Assembly: GCA_029288895.1 (NCBI GenBank)
Contig: JARIGK010000004.1
Coordinates: forward strand, 175,866-239,865
DNA: 64,000 nucleotides
DNA from: Candidatus Adlerbacteria bacterium
GTDB lineage: Bacteria > Patescibacteriota > Minisyncoccia > Phycocordibacterales > SBAW01
Reading direction: 5' to 3'
The notes below the pieces were generated by a model. The model was not told the DNA's origin, ran no database searches, and saw only the letters and a program-made list of their open reading frames with translations. A program made the translations under genes and the position numbers. Below, piece after piece: positions 39,250-48,562 of the stretch (its first letter is position 1; the number at the start of each line of letters is the position of its first letter).

Positions 39250-39260
39250 TCACATCCTGT

Positions 39261-40076
39261 ATGACTATCAAAAAGATTTCCTACATTCTCGCAGTGCTTG
39301 GGTTTGGAATGACATTGGCGCCGGCATTTGCAATGGCACAGACGGCAGGCGTTGGTGTCTCGGCTAACGCAACTGTTACAACGCCTGCAGCAAAGGTAGA
39401 AATGAGCGCAACTGCCATGACAAATGCGAAGGCGCGTGGCGATAAAGAACTCGACCGCCGCGTACAAGCACTCACCGATGCAAACATCCGCGTTCAGGCG
39501 ATGCAGAAGGTAACGCCAACCTTTAAAGACAACTTGGCAACGGCGCTCCAGACACAGATCACTGCATTTAATGCACTCAAGGCAAAGATCGATGCAGATA
39601 CTGATGCTGCAACATTGAAGGCAGATATACAGTCGATCACTCAGTCATACCGCGTATACGCGCTCGTGCTCCCGCAGGTACACATTGCAGCTGCGGCAGA
39701 CCGCGCAGTCGCTATCTCTTCGATGATGCAGACGCTTGGCACTAAGTTGGCAGCACGCATCCAGGCAGCAGGGCAGGCAGGTGCGGATGTCACTGCGCTC
39801 AATGCAACCTTGTCTGACTTGGGCACCAAGATCTCGGATGCAAATACGCAGGCACAGGCTGCTGTTACCGTAAGCGCAGCACTTGCCCCAGACAATGGCG
39901 ACAAAGACAAAATGGCATCAAATAATGCAGCACTTAAAACGGCACGCACTGATTTGACCACTGCAGGTGCTGACTTGAAGGCAGCTCGCAAAGACATCGA
40001 CACGCTCGTCAAAGGGCTGAAGAAGGTAGAAGCAAGTGCCTCGGCTACGAGCACTGCGTCGACTACCACGCACTAA
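39261..40076 (+). CDS. Secreted Ala-rich helical/coiled-coil protein
   Basis: Signal peptide; KARGDKELDRRV, YRVYALVLPQ; operonic with 38947. Confidence 0.78.
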   Translation: MTIKKISYILAVLGFGMTLAPAFAMAQTAGVGVSANATVTTPAAKVEMSATAMTNAKARGDKELDRRVQALTDANIRVQAMQKVTPTFKDNLATALQTQITAFNALKAKIDADTDAATLKADIQSITQSYRVYALVLPQVHIAAAADRAVAISSMMQTLGTKLAARIQAAGQAGADVTALNATLSDLGTKISDANTQAQAAVTVSAALAPDNGDKDKMASNNAALKTARTDLTTAGADLKAARKDIDTLVKGLKKVEASASATSTASTTTH

Positions 40077-40083
40077 CTACTCC

Positions 40084-40803
40084 ATGCCGCTTGTTATTGG
40101 CATCGCTGCAGCTCTCTCAACGCTTGTTGGGGGAGCTGTTGCGTTACGATTGCGCGACCGCTTGCACTTGATATTGGGGTTTAGCGCGGGGGCAGTTATT
40201 GCTGTTGCATTCTTTGACCTATTGCCTGAAGCGCTCACGTTGGGCGGCAGAGCGCACGAGCTTTCGACTGTCACGTCATTCGTGGCGCTTGGCTTCTTAC
40301 TCTACTTGTTGCTCGACCGGTTGCTTGTATTGCACAGCCACGGCCATGCGGACGATGCCGAGCATGATCATTCGCGCGGCCACGTGCGTGCAGGCTCACT
40401 TTCGCTCCACAGTTTTCTCGACGGTGTAGGTATTGGTTTGGCATTCCATGTGTCGCCCACGGTTGGCTTCCTTGTTGCGGCAGCGGTCTTGGCGCACGAT
40501 TTCTCGGACGGCATCAATACAGTTAATGTCTTGGTACGCCACGGCGGCACAAAAGCACAGGCAATGCGATGGCTTGTTGTCGACGCACTCGCGCCCATTG
40601 CGGGCATCATACTGACGATGTTTATAAATGTGGGCGAAGGTACGCTTGGCCTGCTTCTTGCGCTCTTCTCTGGCTTCTTCCTCTACATTGGCGCGTCGGA
40701 CTTGATTCCCGAAAGCCATCACGTACACCCAACCTTCTGGACTACCTTTATGACCCTCTTGGGCGCACTCGTTCTCTTTGTCGCAATCTCAATCGCAGGC
40801 TAA
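40084..40803 (+). CDS. ZIP family metal transporter
   Basis: FFDLLPEA, His-rich loop, LHSFLDG, AHDFSDG, DLIPESHH. Confidence 0.92.
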   Translation: MPLVIGIAAALSTLVGGAVALRLRDRLHLILGFSAGAVIAVAFFDLLPEALTLGGRAHELSTVTSFVALGFLLYLLLDRLLVLHSHGHADDAEHDHSRGHVRAGSLSLHSFLDGVGIGLAFHVSPTVGFLVAAAVLAHDFSDGINTVNVLVRHGGTKAQAMRWLVVDALAPIAGIILTMFINVGEGTLGLLLALFSGFFLYIGASDLIPESHHVHPTFWTTFMTLLGALVLFVAISIAG

Positions 40804-42290
40804 GCCTCGACCATAATAGGTTCGTCCAATTTCTTTTCGGGGACGCGGAGGAAGAGTGCTGCAAAGGCGCCTACGGCAAGAAGGGAAGCGGCGGTGATAA
40901 ATATCACGGCGTACGCGTCTATCTGCGCTTTTAATTCGATAAGTGTAATAAACTGTTGCGTCGCAGCTTTGGTGTGTACGTTGAGCAGGCTGTTTTGAGC
41001 GATCTTGAGCACGTTGTTGTTTGTGGTGCTCTGGAGCAATGTGCCAAAGAGCGCGATGCCGAATGCGCCCGCGATATTTCTGCCAAGCGCCAAGATAGAT
41101 GATGCGACGCCGATTTCTTCCTGCGGCACAATCGCAGCAATCGCGTTTGTGCGCTGCGCCATACCAAAGCCCAACCCAAAGGCCATTACGAACATGGGGA
41201 TCATAATGTCGATGGCCGTGGAACGTACATCAATAAATGAGAAAAGGTAGAGGCCAAACGCCGCAACAATCGTTGATGCAAAAATCACATAGCGCGGCTG
41301 CACGCGGCCTGTGAGTGCGCCGCCGATGGGCGCCGCAAACATCATTGCAAATGCCATCGGCATAAAAAGGTAGCCCGACTCCGTGGCATCGTATGCAAGG
41401 AATGTTTGTGCAAATACGGGGATAAGGAAGATGCTGCCCATAAGGCCCATAAAGACGAGGAAGTTGTTGCCAAGCGTGTTGATGAAGGTCCAGTTTTTAA
41501 AGAACTTCAAATCCACGATTGGCTCCGGATGTCGTTGTTCGATATATACAAAGATGGTTGTGGCAACAACAACGGTGATATAGCAGAGGATGCTGTTAAG
41601 CGAGAGCCAGCCCCAGTCGGTACCTTGGTCGAGCACAAAGACGAGGCTCGATAGCGCAATGCCCAATACCGACGCGCCCCACCAGTCGAAGCCTTTTGGC
41701 TTCTTTTCGTTTTTTGATTCCTCGATATAGATGATTGCCAAAATCATGCCGATGACGCCCACCGGGATGTTGATGAGGAAGACCGAGCGCCAGCCAAAGC
41801 TGTCGATAAGCGGGCCGCCTACAAGCGGGCCAAACACTGCTGCAGCGGCAAACGACGACGACCAAATGCCGAGTGCCTGCGCGCGCTCTTTACCCTCGCG
41901 GAAGGTAAACGCGATGATTGCCATGGCGGTGGGGTAGTCGGCGGAACCTGCAATTGCTTGGATGACGCGGAAGACAATCATGGAACCCAAGTTCCACGAA
42001 AGGCCTGCGAGCGCCGAGCCCACGATAAACATCGCAAAGCCTGTGAGATAGACGCGTTTGCGCCCTATGGTGTCGCCGAGCTTGCCCCAAATCGGCACAA
42101 AGACTGCGTTAGCCAAGATATAGGCAGTTGCGATCCAGCCTGCGGCCGAGACCGTGATCGAAAAGTCATTGATAATTTTGGGCAGCGCCAAGTTAACGAT
42201 GGTCTGGTCGAGCCGACCAAGAAACGTACCCATTATCACCGTCAGCAATATCATCCAACGGTACGGATTTTGCGTCGTACCTTCTGGCAT
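40800..42290 (-). CDS. DHA2 (EmrB/QacA) family MFS efflux transporter
   Basis: LDQTIVNLALP, GKLGDTIGRKR, GPLVGG, WRSVFLINIPVG. Confidence 0.93.
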   Translation of the reverse strand: MPEGTTQNPYRWMILLTVIMGTFLGRLDQTIVNLALPKIINDFSITVSAAGWIATAYILANAVFVPIWGKLGDTIGRKRVYLTGFAMFIVGSALAGLSWNLGSMIVFRVIQAIAGSADYPTAMAIIAFTFREGKERAQALGIWSSSFAAAAVFGPLVGGPLIDSFGWRSVFLINIPVGVIGMILAIIYIEESKNEKKPKGFDWWGASVLGIALSSLVFVLDQGTDWGWLSLNSILCYITVVVATTIFVYIEQRHPEPIVDLKFFKNWTFINTLGNNFLVFMGLMGSIFLIPVFAQTFLAYDATESGYLFMPMAFAMMFAAPIGGALTGRVQPRYVIFASTIVAAFGLYLFSFIDVRSTAIDIMIPMFVMAFGLGFGMAQRTNAIAAIVPQEEIGVASSILALGRNIAGAFGIALFGTLLQSTTNNNVLKIAQNSLLNVHTKAATQQFITLIELKAQIDAYAVIFITAASLLAVGAFAALFLRVPEKKLDEPIMVEA

Positions 42291-42293
42291 AGA

Positions 42294-42941
42294 TTAGTTT
42301 TTGTAGACCCAGATCTTTGCGGACATACCGTTTTTGAGTTCGGGATGTGCCGCGGTGTCGAAGCGAACTTTGACGTCGAAGTCTTGTTCTTGGCGTTTGT
42401 CGGAGATGTTAAAGACAACATCGCCCGACTCTGCGCTTGGGGCGACCTCGTCAACAATGCCGGTATATTTTTGCCCGCCGAATGCATCGACAGTAAACTC
42501 TGCGCGTTGGCCAGCATGGATATCGACGAGGCCTTTGTCTTCTGCAATTTGGCCTACGACGCGCAACTGTGTCGGGTCGATTACTGCGACGACTGTTTCG
42601 TTTTGGCCAATTGATTTGCCGATGTTGTTATTGGTGGTGATCACAAGCCCGCCGTTTTGCGATTTGATAAGTTCGGTGCCGACCTGTGCTACTACAGTGT
42701 TTGGCGCAATAGTGTCGCCTTCGTGCACATAGACTGCTTTTAATATGCCGCTTGCGCCAGGGCCCAAGTCGACAACAGGCGCTTCGATCTGCGATTTGTC
42801 GATGTAGACAGTCTTCGATGCCGCGGCAAGGTATGCAGCGCCTGCGATGCCGCCGCCTATGACGATGACAAGGAACGCGGCAAGGACAAGCACGCGGCGA
42901 TCAAGACCTTTCTTTTCTTCTGTTGGTTGTGTAGGTGCCAT
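42294..42941 (-). CDS. HlyD/EmrA-like adaptor (short, lacking the hairpin)
   Basis: N-terminal TM; VYVHEGD, FTVDAF, LKNGMSA. Confidence 0.82.
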   Translation of the reverse strand: MAPTQPTEEKKGLDRRVLVLAAFLVIVIGGGIAGAAYLAAASKTVYIDKSQIEAPVVDLGPGASGILKAVYVHEGDTIAPNTVVAQVGTELIKSQNGGLVITTNNNIGKSIGQNETVVAVIDPTQLRVVGQIAEDKGLVDIHAGQRAEFTVDAFGGQKYTGIVDEVAPSAESGDVVFNISDKRQEQDFDVKVRFDTAAHPELKNGMSAKIWVYKN

Positions 42942-42946
42942 AAAAA

Positions 42947-44521
42947 TTATTTTGAATTCACGAGATACTGGTCGCCCGCAGAAAGACCCGAGGTAACTTC
43001 AATGTTGGTATCGTCAGCGATGCCTGTTTGGATTTGTTTCTCGATTGGGGTTTTGCCGCCCGGCACGAGCACGAATGTGTTTGCGCCATTTTGCAATACT
43101 GCGCTTTTCTGTATCACCACAACGTTCTGTTTCTGTGCAGCTAAGATCGTCGCATTCGCACCCATGCCTGTTGAGATGCTTTCGTCATTGTTTGTAAACT
43201 GGAGTACGACTTTGTACCCAGACATGCCGCTCTCTGTCGTAGGGGAGCGGTCGATAGACGCAACCGTTGCGGGGAAGATCTTGCCGCTGCCGTAGGCATC
43301 GAGCGTCACCTGCGCGCTGTCTCCCGTCTGTAACTTTGCAACATCAACTTCGCTCACGTAGAGCTTCACCTGCAAGGCGCTTTGTGGTGTAAGCGACACG
43401 GCAACGGTATTTGGTGCGACTGTTTGGCCCGCCTTTACATTGACGCTGGCGACAGTGCCGGAAAACGGCGCGACGATAATATTATTTGCAATTTGTGCTT
43501 CTATACTTGCGACCTGCGCCTTTGCTGCATCAACTTGCGCTGTCTGTGCTGCGATGTCTTGGCTCGTTGCGCCAGCTTGGATCTTGTTGAGTGCATCTTG
43601 TGCCGACTGCACTGCCAATTTGCCCGATGCAATTTGCTGCTGCGCGCCTTGCAGAGAAAGTATGAGTGAACTTGCGGTGCTGTTGAGTGTGCTGACTGAC
43701 GTTTGTGCTGTTGCAATCTGTGCGGCAGTGAAATTGCTTGACGGTACGGCATTTGCAAGTGCTTGGAGAAGCGTGCTCGTGTATGTGCGCACGTTTGTCA
43801 GTTGTACGATAGAGGCAGAGAGCGCTGCATCAATTGTGTGGGCGTCAGATGCGGTGTTGAGCGAATCTATCGTCGAACTCCAGGATGGAAGCTGCACATT
43901 CAAGGTGGTGCGAGCATTCGAAGCATCCACCGCAGCCTGGCTGTTTGATGTTTGGAAGGTAACGGTAGGCTGCGGCATCGTTGGTTGGTTAAAGAGTGCG
44001 TCTGTATTTTGGCGCACGCCATTGTAGGTTTTGTTGTATGCGTCTGTCAGCGTTGCGGGGATGTTGGCGTATACATTGGCAAGCGACTGCTGTGCTTGTG
44101 CGACTGCAGTTTGGCCTGATTGGACATCGGTGGCGCGGGCGCCTGCGTTTAAGGAGTCGAGCTTTGCCTGTGCTGCTTCGACATTAGCCTCTGCCATTGC
44201 TTCTTGCGCATGCAAACTTGCGGTGTCGAGTGCTGCGAGTACCTGGCCTTGGTACACCTGTGCACCAACGGATGCATGGACTGAAACGACACGGCCGCCG
44301 CCTACAAATGCGAGATTAGGGTTTTGTGAAGGTTCGACAGTGCCTGAGCCCGTGACAGTTTCGTTAATTGAACCCATCTCAACCGTAGCAACAGACGACT
44401 GGGGTGAGCGAGTTGAGACGAAGTAATACACACCGCTACCCAAGGCGATGACAACAACCGCTCCAAGCGCACTCATAACAAGCGGGTGGGCGAGAACTTC
44501 TTTTTCAAAAAATGATTTCAT
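42947..44521 (-). CDS. Efflux membrane-fusion adaptor protein
   Basis: GSGTVEP, long coiled coil, IVAPFSGTV, SGLSAGD. Confidence 0.88.
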   Translation of the reverse strand: MKSFFEKEVLAHPLVMSALGAVVVIALGSGVYYFVSTRSPQSSVATVEMGSINETVTGSGTVEPSQNPNLAFVGGGRVVSVHASVGAQVYQGQVLAALDTASLHAQEAMAEANVEAAQAKLDSLNAGARATDVQSGQTAVAQAQQSLANVYANIPATLTDAYNKTYNGVRQNTDALFNQPTMPQPTVTFQTSNSQAAVDASNARTTLNVQLPSWSSTIDSLNTASDAHTIDAALSASIVQLTNVRTYTSTLLQALANAVPSSNFTAAQIATAQTSVSTLNSTASSLILSLQGAQQQIASGKLAVQSAQDALNKIQAGATSQDIAAQTAQVDAAKAQVASIEAQIANNIIVAPFSGTVASVNVKAGQTVAPNTVAVSLTPQSALQVKLYVSEVDVAKLQTGDSAQVTLDAYGSGKIFPATVASIDRSPTTESGMSGYKVVLQFTNNDESISTGMGANATILAAQKQNVVVIQKSAVLQNGANTFVLVPGGKTPIEKQIQTGIADDTNIEVTSGLSAGDQYLVNSK

Positions 44522-44543
44522 ACGTTGTTTGTAAAATATTGCG

Positions 44544-44957
44544 CTAATTGGTTTCTAATATCTTTTTCAATATTCGCTGCATATCGCTATGGTCTTTATC
44601 CGAGAGGCTCTGTAGCATACCGTGGAGGATTTTCTTGCGCTTATTCATAATTGTTGCAAGCTCCGTCGTCGCCTTCTTCGTTACTTTGATATGTACTTGC
44701 CTGCGGTCGTCCTTATTTGTCTCACGCACAAGATAGCCTCCGTCTACAAGTTGGTTTACCAGCGCCGTGGCCGATGGCGCGCGGATGTGGAGGTGTATGG
44801 CTACAGCGCTCATAAGAGGGGAGCCTTGTTCTTGGACAAAGCGCAGCACTTCAGCCTGGGTAAATGACACGCCATCTTCGACGGCGACCAGTTTCTTTTT
44901 CATTTTTCGTCCAGCGTCCAGAAACAGCTCGACGGTTGTTTCGCTTTTGTTCGACAT
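44544..44957 (-). CDS. MarR family transcriptional regulator
   Basis: PSATALVNQLVDGGYLVR...DDRRQVHI. Confidence 0.92.
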   Translation of the reverse strand: MSNKSETTVELFLDAGRKMKKKLVAVEDGVSFTQAEVLRFVQEQGSPLMSAVAIHLHIRAPSATALVNQLVDGGYLVRETNKDDRRQVHIKVTKKATTELATIMNKRKKILHGMLQSLSDKDHSDMQRILKKILETN

Positions 44958-44961
44958 GCAA

Positions 44962-44982
44962 ATAGTTAGATATACTAAGTAT
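44962..44982. promoter_or_regulatory. Putative MarR operator
   Basis: Near-perfect inverted repeat ATAGTTAG-atata-CTAAGTAT just upstream of the marR start. Confidence 0.6.
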
Positions 44983-45159
44983 ATAGGGATAGAGATGGAG
45001 TGTCAATGAAGCCTTCGTATACTGGTCTCGTGCCAGGGCCTTGTAATTTCTAAATAAAGTGGTAGTCTGGCTGCCAGATTCGCCCGCCTGTGTGGCGGGT
45101 TCATCGGGAACTCATCCCATTCAAGCCAGTATTAGTATCTAATTAACCCTTTATTTAAT

Positions 45160-46074
45160 ATGACATTCCGCCCACTCGTAGTTTCATTGATTGCCGCTGC
45201 TGCGGTAGCTATGCCGTTTGTTGCGTCAGCACAGACTGCGCCGTATTCGCAACTTATGATTACAACCCACGTGGCGCCTGGCACGCCAGCTCCCCAGGTG
45301 GCGCCGATTGTCACCATCCAGGCGACTATCCCGCAAATTTCGAATGTTGCGAATACAAGCTCGTCGCAGGCAAGCTATCCTGCAAACTTTAACGGCGAAG
45401 TGCGCACGGTAAACTTTGTTCCGGGCAGCTACGCTGTGTGGGCCTCTGGCGCTCCGGGGTACTACTTTACGTACTCGCAGGATTGCTCGGGCTTTACTCC
45501 TGCAAATGGCGGCAATGGTATCCGCGGCTGCACTATTACACTTTCCAACACGCCGCCTCCGCCTGCGTACAATTGCATTACCTGGTTTGGTAGCAATTCG
45601 TGCATGGCGCCCGTTGTCCCGTACTCGGGGCCTCTTGGCCAATCGCAGCTTACCTGCGCACCGACCTACCAGACTATTTCTGCAGGCCGCCCGGCAACCT
45701 TTACTGCTGAGGGTGGTAACCAGGGTGGGTACAACTGGACCACGACCGACCGCACCTCGCTTAACGTCGGCACGTCGTTTACAACCGTGCTCCAGACCAC
45801 GGGCGTACAAACTGTCATCGTTTCCAATGGCGTACAAAATGCGACCTGCACCGTAAACGTTGTCGCGGGTGCAGCAGGCACAGCTATTACTTACGCTGGC
45901 TCGCAGACTGGCGCACCATCTGTTACCTCAAACTACATCCCAGCATACTTGCCGAACACAGGCTTTGGCCCGCTTGATAGCGCATCGCTCGCATTTGCGC
46001 TCGTCCTCCTCTTGGCTGTTGGTTTCGTCACTGCCCCATATGTCAGAAAAGCCCTTACTGCTGCCCTCGGCTAA
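45160..46074 (+). CDS. Secreted beta-rich surface protein with LPNTG sorting signal
   Basis: Signal peptide; Cys pairs; YLPNTG + TM + RK. Confidence 0.85.
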   Translation: MTFRPLVVSLIAAAAVAMPFVASAQTAPYSQLMITTHVAPGTPAPQVAPIVTIQATIPQISNVANTSSSQASYPANFNGEVRTVNFVPGSYAVWASGAPGYYFTYSQDCSGFTPANGGNGIRGCTITLSNTPPPPAYNCITWFGSNSCMAPVVPYSGPLGQSQLTCAPTYQTISAGRPATFTAEGGNQGGYNWTTTDRTSLNVGTSFTTVLQTTGVQTVIVSNGVQNATCTVNVVAGAAGTAITYAGSQTGAPSVTSNYIPAYLPNTGFGPLDSASLAFALVLLLAVGFVTAPYVRKALTAALG

Positions 46075-46075
46075 G

Positions 46076-46747
46076 ATGGCAACGCTTGTTCGTGAGTCGG
46101 AAGTCCGCGCATGGGCACGGATGGTTCTTATCGCTGTCGGGTTTGCTGTCATTGCGCTTGGTGTGTTTGCCGCACTGAACAAACTCTCGTCGTATGTCAG
46201 CGTTGATGCAACGCAAACAGCATTTGCGCCGCTTGGTACGCTCACGACAAAAAATATAAATATCGCGGCACTGCCCGCATATGTCTCGACGACGACGCCC
46301 ATTACGCCGGTGCGTTTGAAGATCCCGTCGATTGGCGTGGATGCGCACGTAGAGCGTGTTGGCAAAAAAGCCGATGGCTCGATGGCAACTCCAACGTCCT
46401 TTGAAGATGCTGGCTGGTACGAATTGGGTGCGCACCCAGGGCAGGCGGGCAACGCAGTCATTGCGGGCCACGTCAACAATGCGCTCACCAAGGCAGGAGT
46501 ATTTGAACATTTGAACGCCGTAAAAGTAGGCGACTATGTGACTGTTACAGACGCTTCGGGAAAGACGCTTGTGTACGTTGTTTCAGAAACGCATCAGTAC
46601 GCAACAAACGAAGCACCTACAGCATCTATCTTTGCGGTTACGGGCCCATCACAGCTCGTGCTCATCACTTGCGACGGGGCCTGGGATGACGCATCGCACT
46701 CCTACGACAAGCGCCTTGTCGTCTTTGCCCGCCTCACGTCTAAATAA
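46076..46747 (+). CDS. Class F sortase
   Basis: PVRLKIPSIGVDA, GWYELGAHPGQAGNAVIAGH, LVLITC, YDKR. Confidence 0.92.
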   Translation: MATLVRESEVRAWARMVLIAVGFAVIALGVFAALNKLSSYVSVDATQTAFAPLGTLTTKNINIAALPAYVSTTTPITPVRLKIPSIGVDAHVERVGKKADGSMATPTSFEDAGWYELGAHPGQAGNAVIAGHVNNALTKAGVFEHLNAVKVGDYVTVTDASGKTLVYVVSETHQYATNEAPTASIFAVTGPSQLVLITCDGAWDDASHSYDKRLVVFARLTSK

Positions 46748-46891
46748 GTTCTCTACCTCATCTTTATTGCAATTTCATCTAAGGTATGGTCTACTAGAGG
46801 CGTTCGAGTAAGTTTCTCCATGTGCCAAGTTTAGGCGTCAGGAGGGTCGCCTTACGAAGGACAGTATTAATCCAATTGTTTTTCGCACACT

Positions 46892-47140
46892 ATGGCACGC
46901 AAATTGTTCATCGGTGGCCTTCCTTACCGCACTACGGGGGATGAGCTCCGTGACGCGTTCGCACAGGCAGGTGAAGTCGTTTCGGCTTCTATCGTCACCG
47001 ATCGCGAAACCGGCCGCTCACGCGGTTTCGGCTTCGTCGAAATGGCAGATGATGCTGCAGACAACGCTATCGCTATGTGGAACGGCAAGGACTTCGGTGG
47101 TCGTATGCTCACCGTTTCCGATGCACGTCCTAAGGCGTAA
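46892..47140 (+). CDS. RRM (RNP-1) RNA-binding protein
   Basis: RNP2 LFIGGL; RNP1 RGFGFVEM. Confidence 0.95.
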   Translation: MARKLFIGGLPYRTTGDELRDAFAQAGEVVSASIVTDRETGRSRGFGFVEMADDAADNAIAMWNGKDFGGRMLTVSDARPKA

Positions 47141-47160
47141 GCTTCTCTAAGCTAGTCTTC

Positions 47161-47200
47161 AAAACGCCTCGAGGCTTCGGCCCCGGGGTGTTTTGTTTTT
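47161..47200 (+). terminator. Intrinsic terminator
   Basis: Hairpin with cTTCGg loop followed by a T-tract. Confidence 0.7.
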
Positions 47201-47203
47201 GGT

Positions 47204-47935
47204 ATGATTGCAGCGATGCTACGAGAGCTTAAACGCTTCTACAAAAAAGAGGGTAGATCACATCTTCCTTGGAGGAAGACCAAAGACCCGTACAAAATTT
47301 TGGTGTCAGAGTTGATGCTGCAGCAGACGCAAGTCGCTCGTGTCATACCGAAATACGAGCGTTTCATACAGGTGTTCCCGAGTTTCGCAGCACTCGCCAA
47401 AGCACCGCTTTCAAACGTACTGCTCGAGTGGCAAGGGTTGGGCTACAACCGCCGCGCAAAATTTTTGCATGAGACAGCAAAGATAATCACAAAAGAGTTT
47501 AAAGGTAAATTCCCAAACACAGCAGAAGAGATAGAAGAACTTCCCGGGATTGGGCATTACACGGCGGGCGCTATTTCTGCCTTCGCCTTTAACAAACCAG
47601 AAGTATTTATCGAAACCAATATCCGTACCGTCTTTACCCATCACTATTTTGAGCAAGGTCCGACCTTGCTCACTAAGAAAATAGACGATAAAGAGTTACT
47701 GCCATTGATAGAGCGGGATTTGAAGAAATCGAAGATGGAGCCAAGGGATTTCTATGCAGCATTGATGGACTACGGCTCATACCTCAAAGCCTCCGGCATC
47801 CGCATCAATAACAAAAGCAAACACTACACCAAGCAGTCCAAGTTCGAAGGCTCTACACGCCAAAAGCGCGCAGCAGCACTGCGTGATGCTCTTAAGAAAG
47901 GCGTGTCTGAGAAAGACTTACTGAAATTCTTATAG
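47204..47935 (+). CDS. mutY: A/G-specific adenine glycosylase (lacks the Fe-S motif and C-terminal domain)
   Basis: LPWRKT, VSELMLQQTQV, WQGLGYNRRA, HhH LPGIGHYTA, ETN. Confidence 0.88.
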   Translation: MIAAMLRELKRFYKKEGRSHLPWRKTKDPYKILVSELMLQQTQVARVIPKYERFIQVFPSFAALAKAPLSNVLLEWQGLGYNRRAKFLHETAKIITKEFKGKFPNTAEEIEELPGIGHYTAGAISAFAFNKPEVFIETNIRTVFTHHYFEQGPTLLTKKIDDKELLPLIERDLKKSKMEPRDFYAALMDYGSYLKASGIRINNKSKHYTKQSKFEGSTRQKRAAALRDALKKGVSEKDLLKFL

Positions 47936-47986
47936 TAAAAAGAAAATGGCCGCCGACCCGGAGAGGGAGGGCGGCCACTGGTCGTT

Positions 47987-48442
47987 TTAGGCTTCGTCAA
48001 GATAGAAGCCGTGCTCCTGCTGAATCCTAAGATTCAGGCACAGGAGCGTGAGCGCCGCTGTGATGCTCCACTGGACTGCATCCGTGAGAATACCTTCGTA
48101 CGCCAGGCCGATGTAGTAGTACCTGGGCACCGGGCCGAACAGGCTCGTCATGTCCGTTGGCACAAGCAGCCATGACCGGCCGGCAAGTGACACAATGCAG
48201 ATCAGGATGACAGCCTCCAAGGTCGGCGGCCTCATGCCGTACTTCCGCCAGATCGCGATGGCGAGGAGCAGAAACGGCATGACGATCAGGAACTGAATCC
48301 TGTACCCGTCCAGGCCGTCGTCGTTGGCATATGGCAGCAGCGCCCGCCAATACATGATTCCCCAGAAGTAGAACGGGTAGAACCACATCTTGGGGTAGTC
48401 GGCGAAGAGAGGGCGGAATGCCCTCCAATAGTCTCTGAACAT
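47987..48442 (-). CDS. Hypothetical membrane protein
   Basis: Several TM segments; strong SD GGAGGAGG; upstream TTGACA-17-TATGAT; GC-rich third codon positions. Confidence 0.65.
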   Translation of the reverse strand: MFRDYWRAFRPLFADYPKMWFYPFYFWGIMYWRALLPYANDDGLDGYRIQFLIVMPFLLLAIAIWRKYGMRPPTLEAVILICIVSLAGRSWLLVPTDMTSLFGPVPRYYYIGLAYEGILTDAVQWSITAALTLLCLNLRIQQEHGFYLDEA

Positions 48443-48562
48443 CCAACCCTCCTCCGGGGAATCCGGTAAGTTGAAGTGAGGATATCATACATTATTTTAC
48501 ATTTTTGTCAAATAAAATAAGCCCTTAAAAGGGCCTATTTTAGAACATTATTTTTCAGGAAA

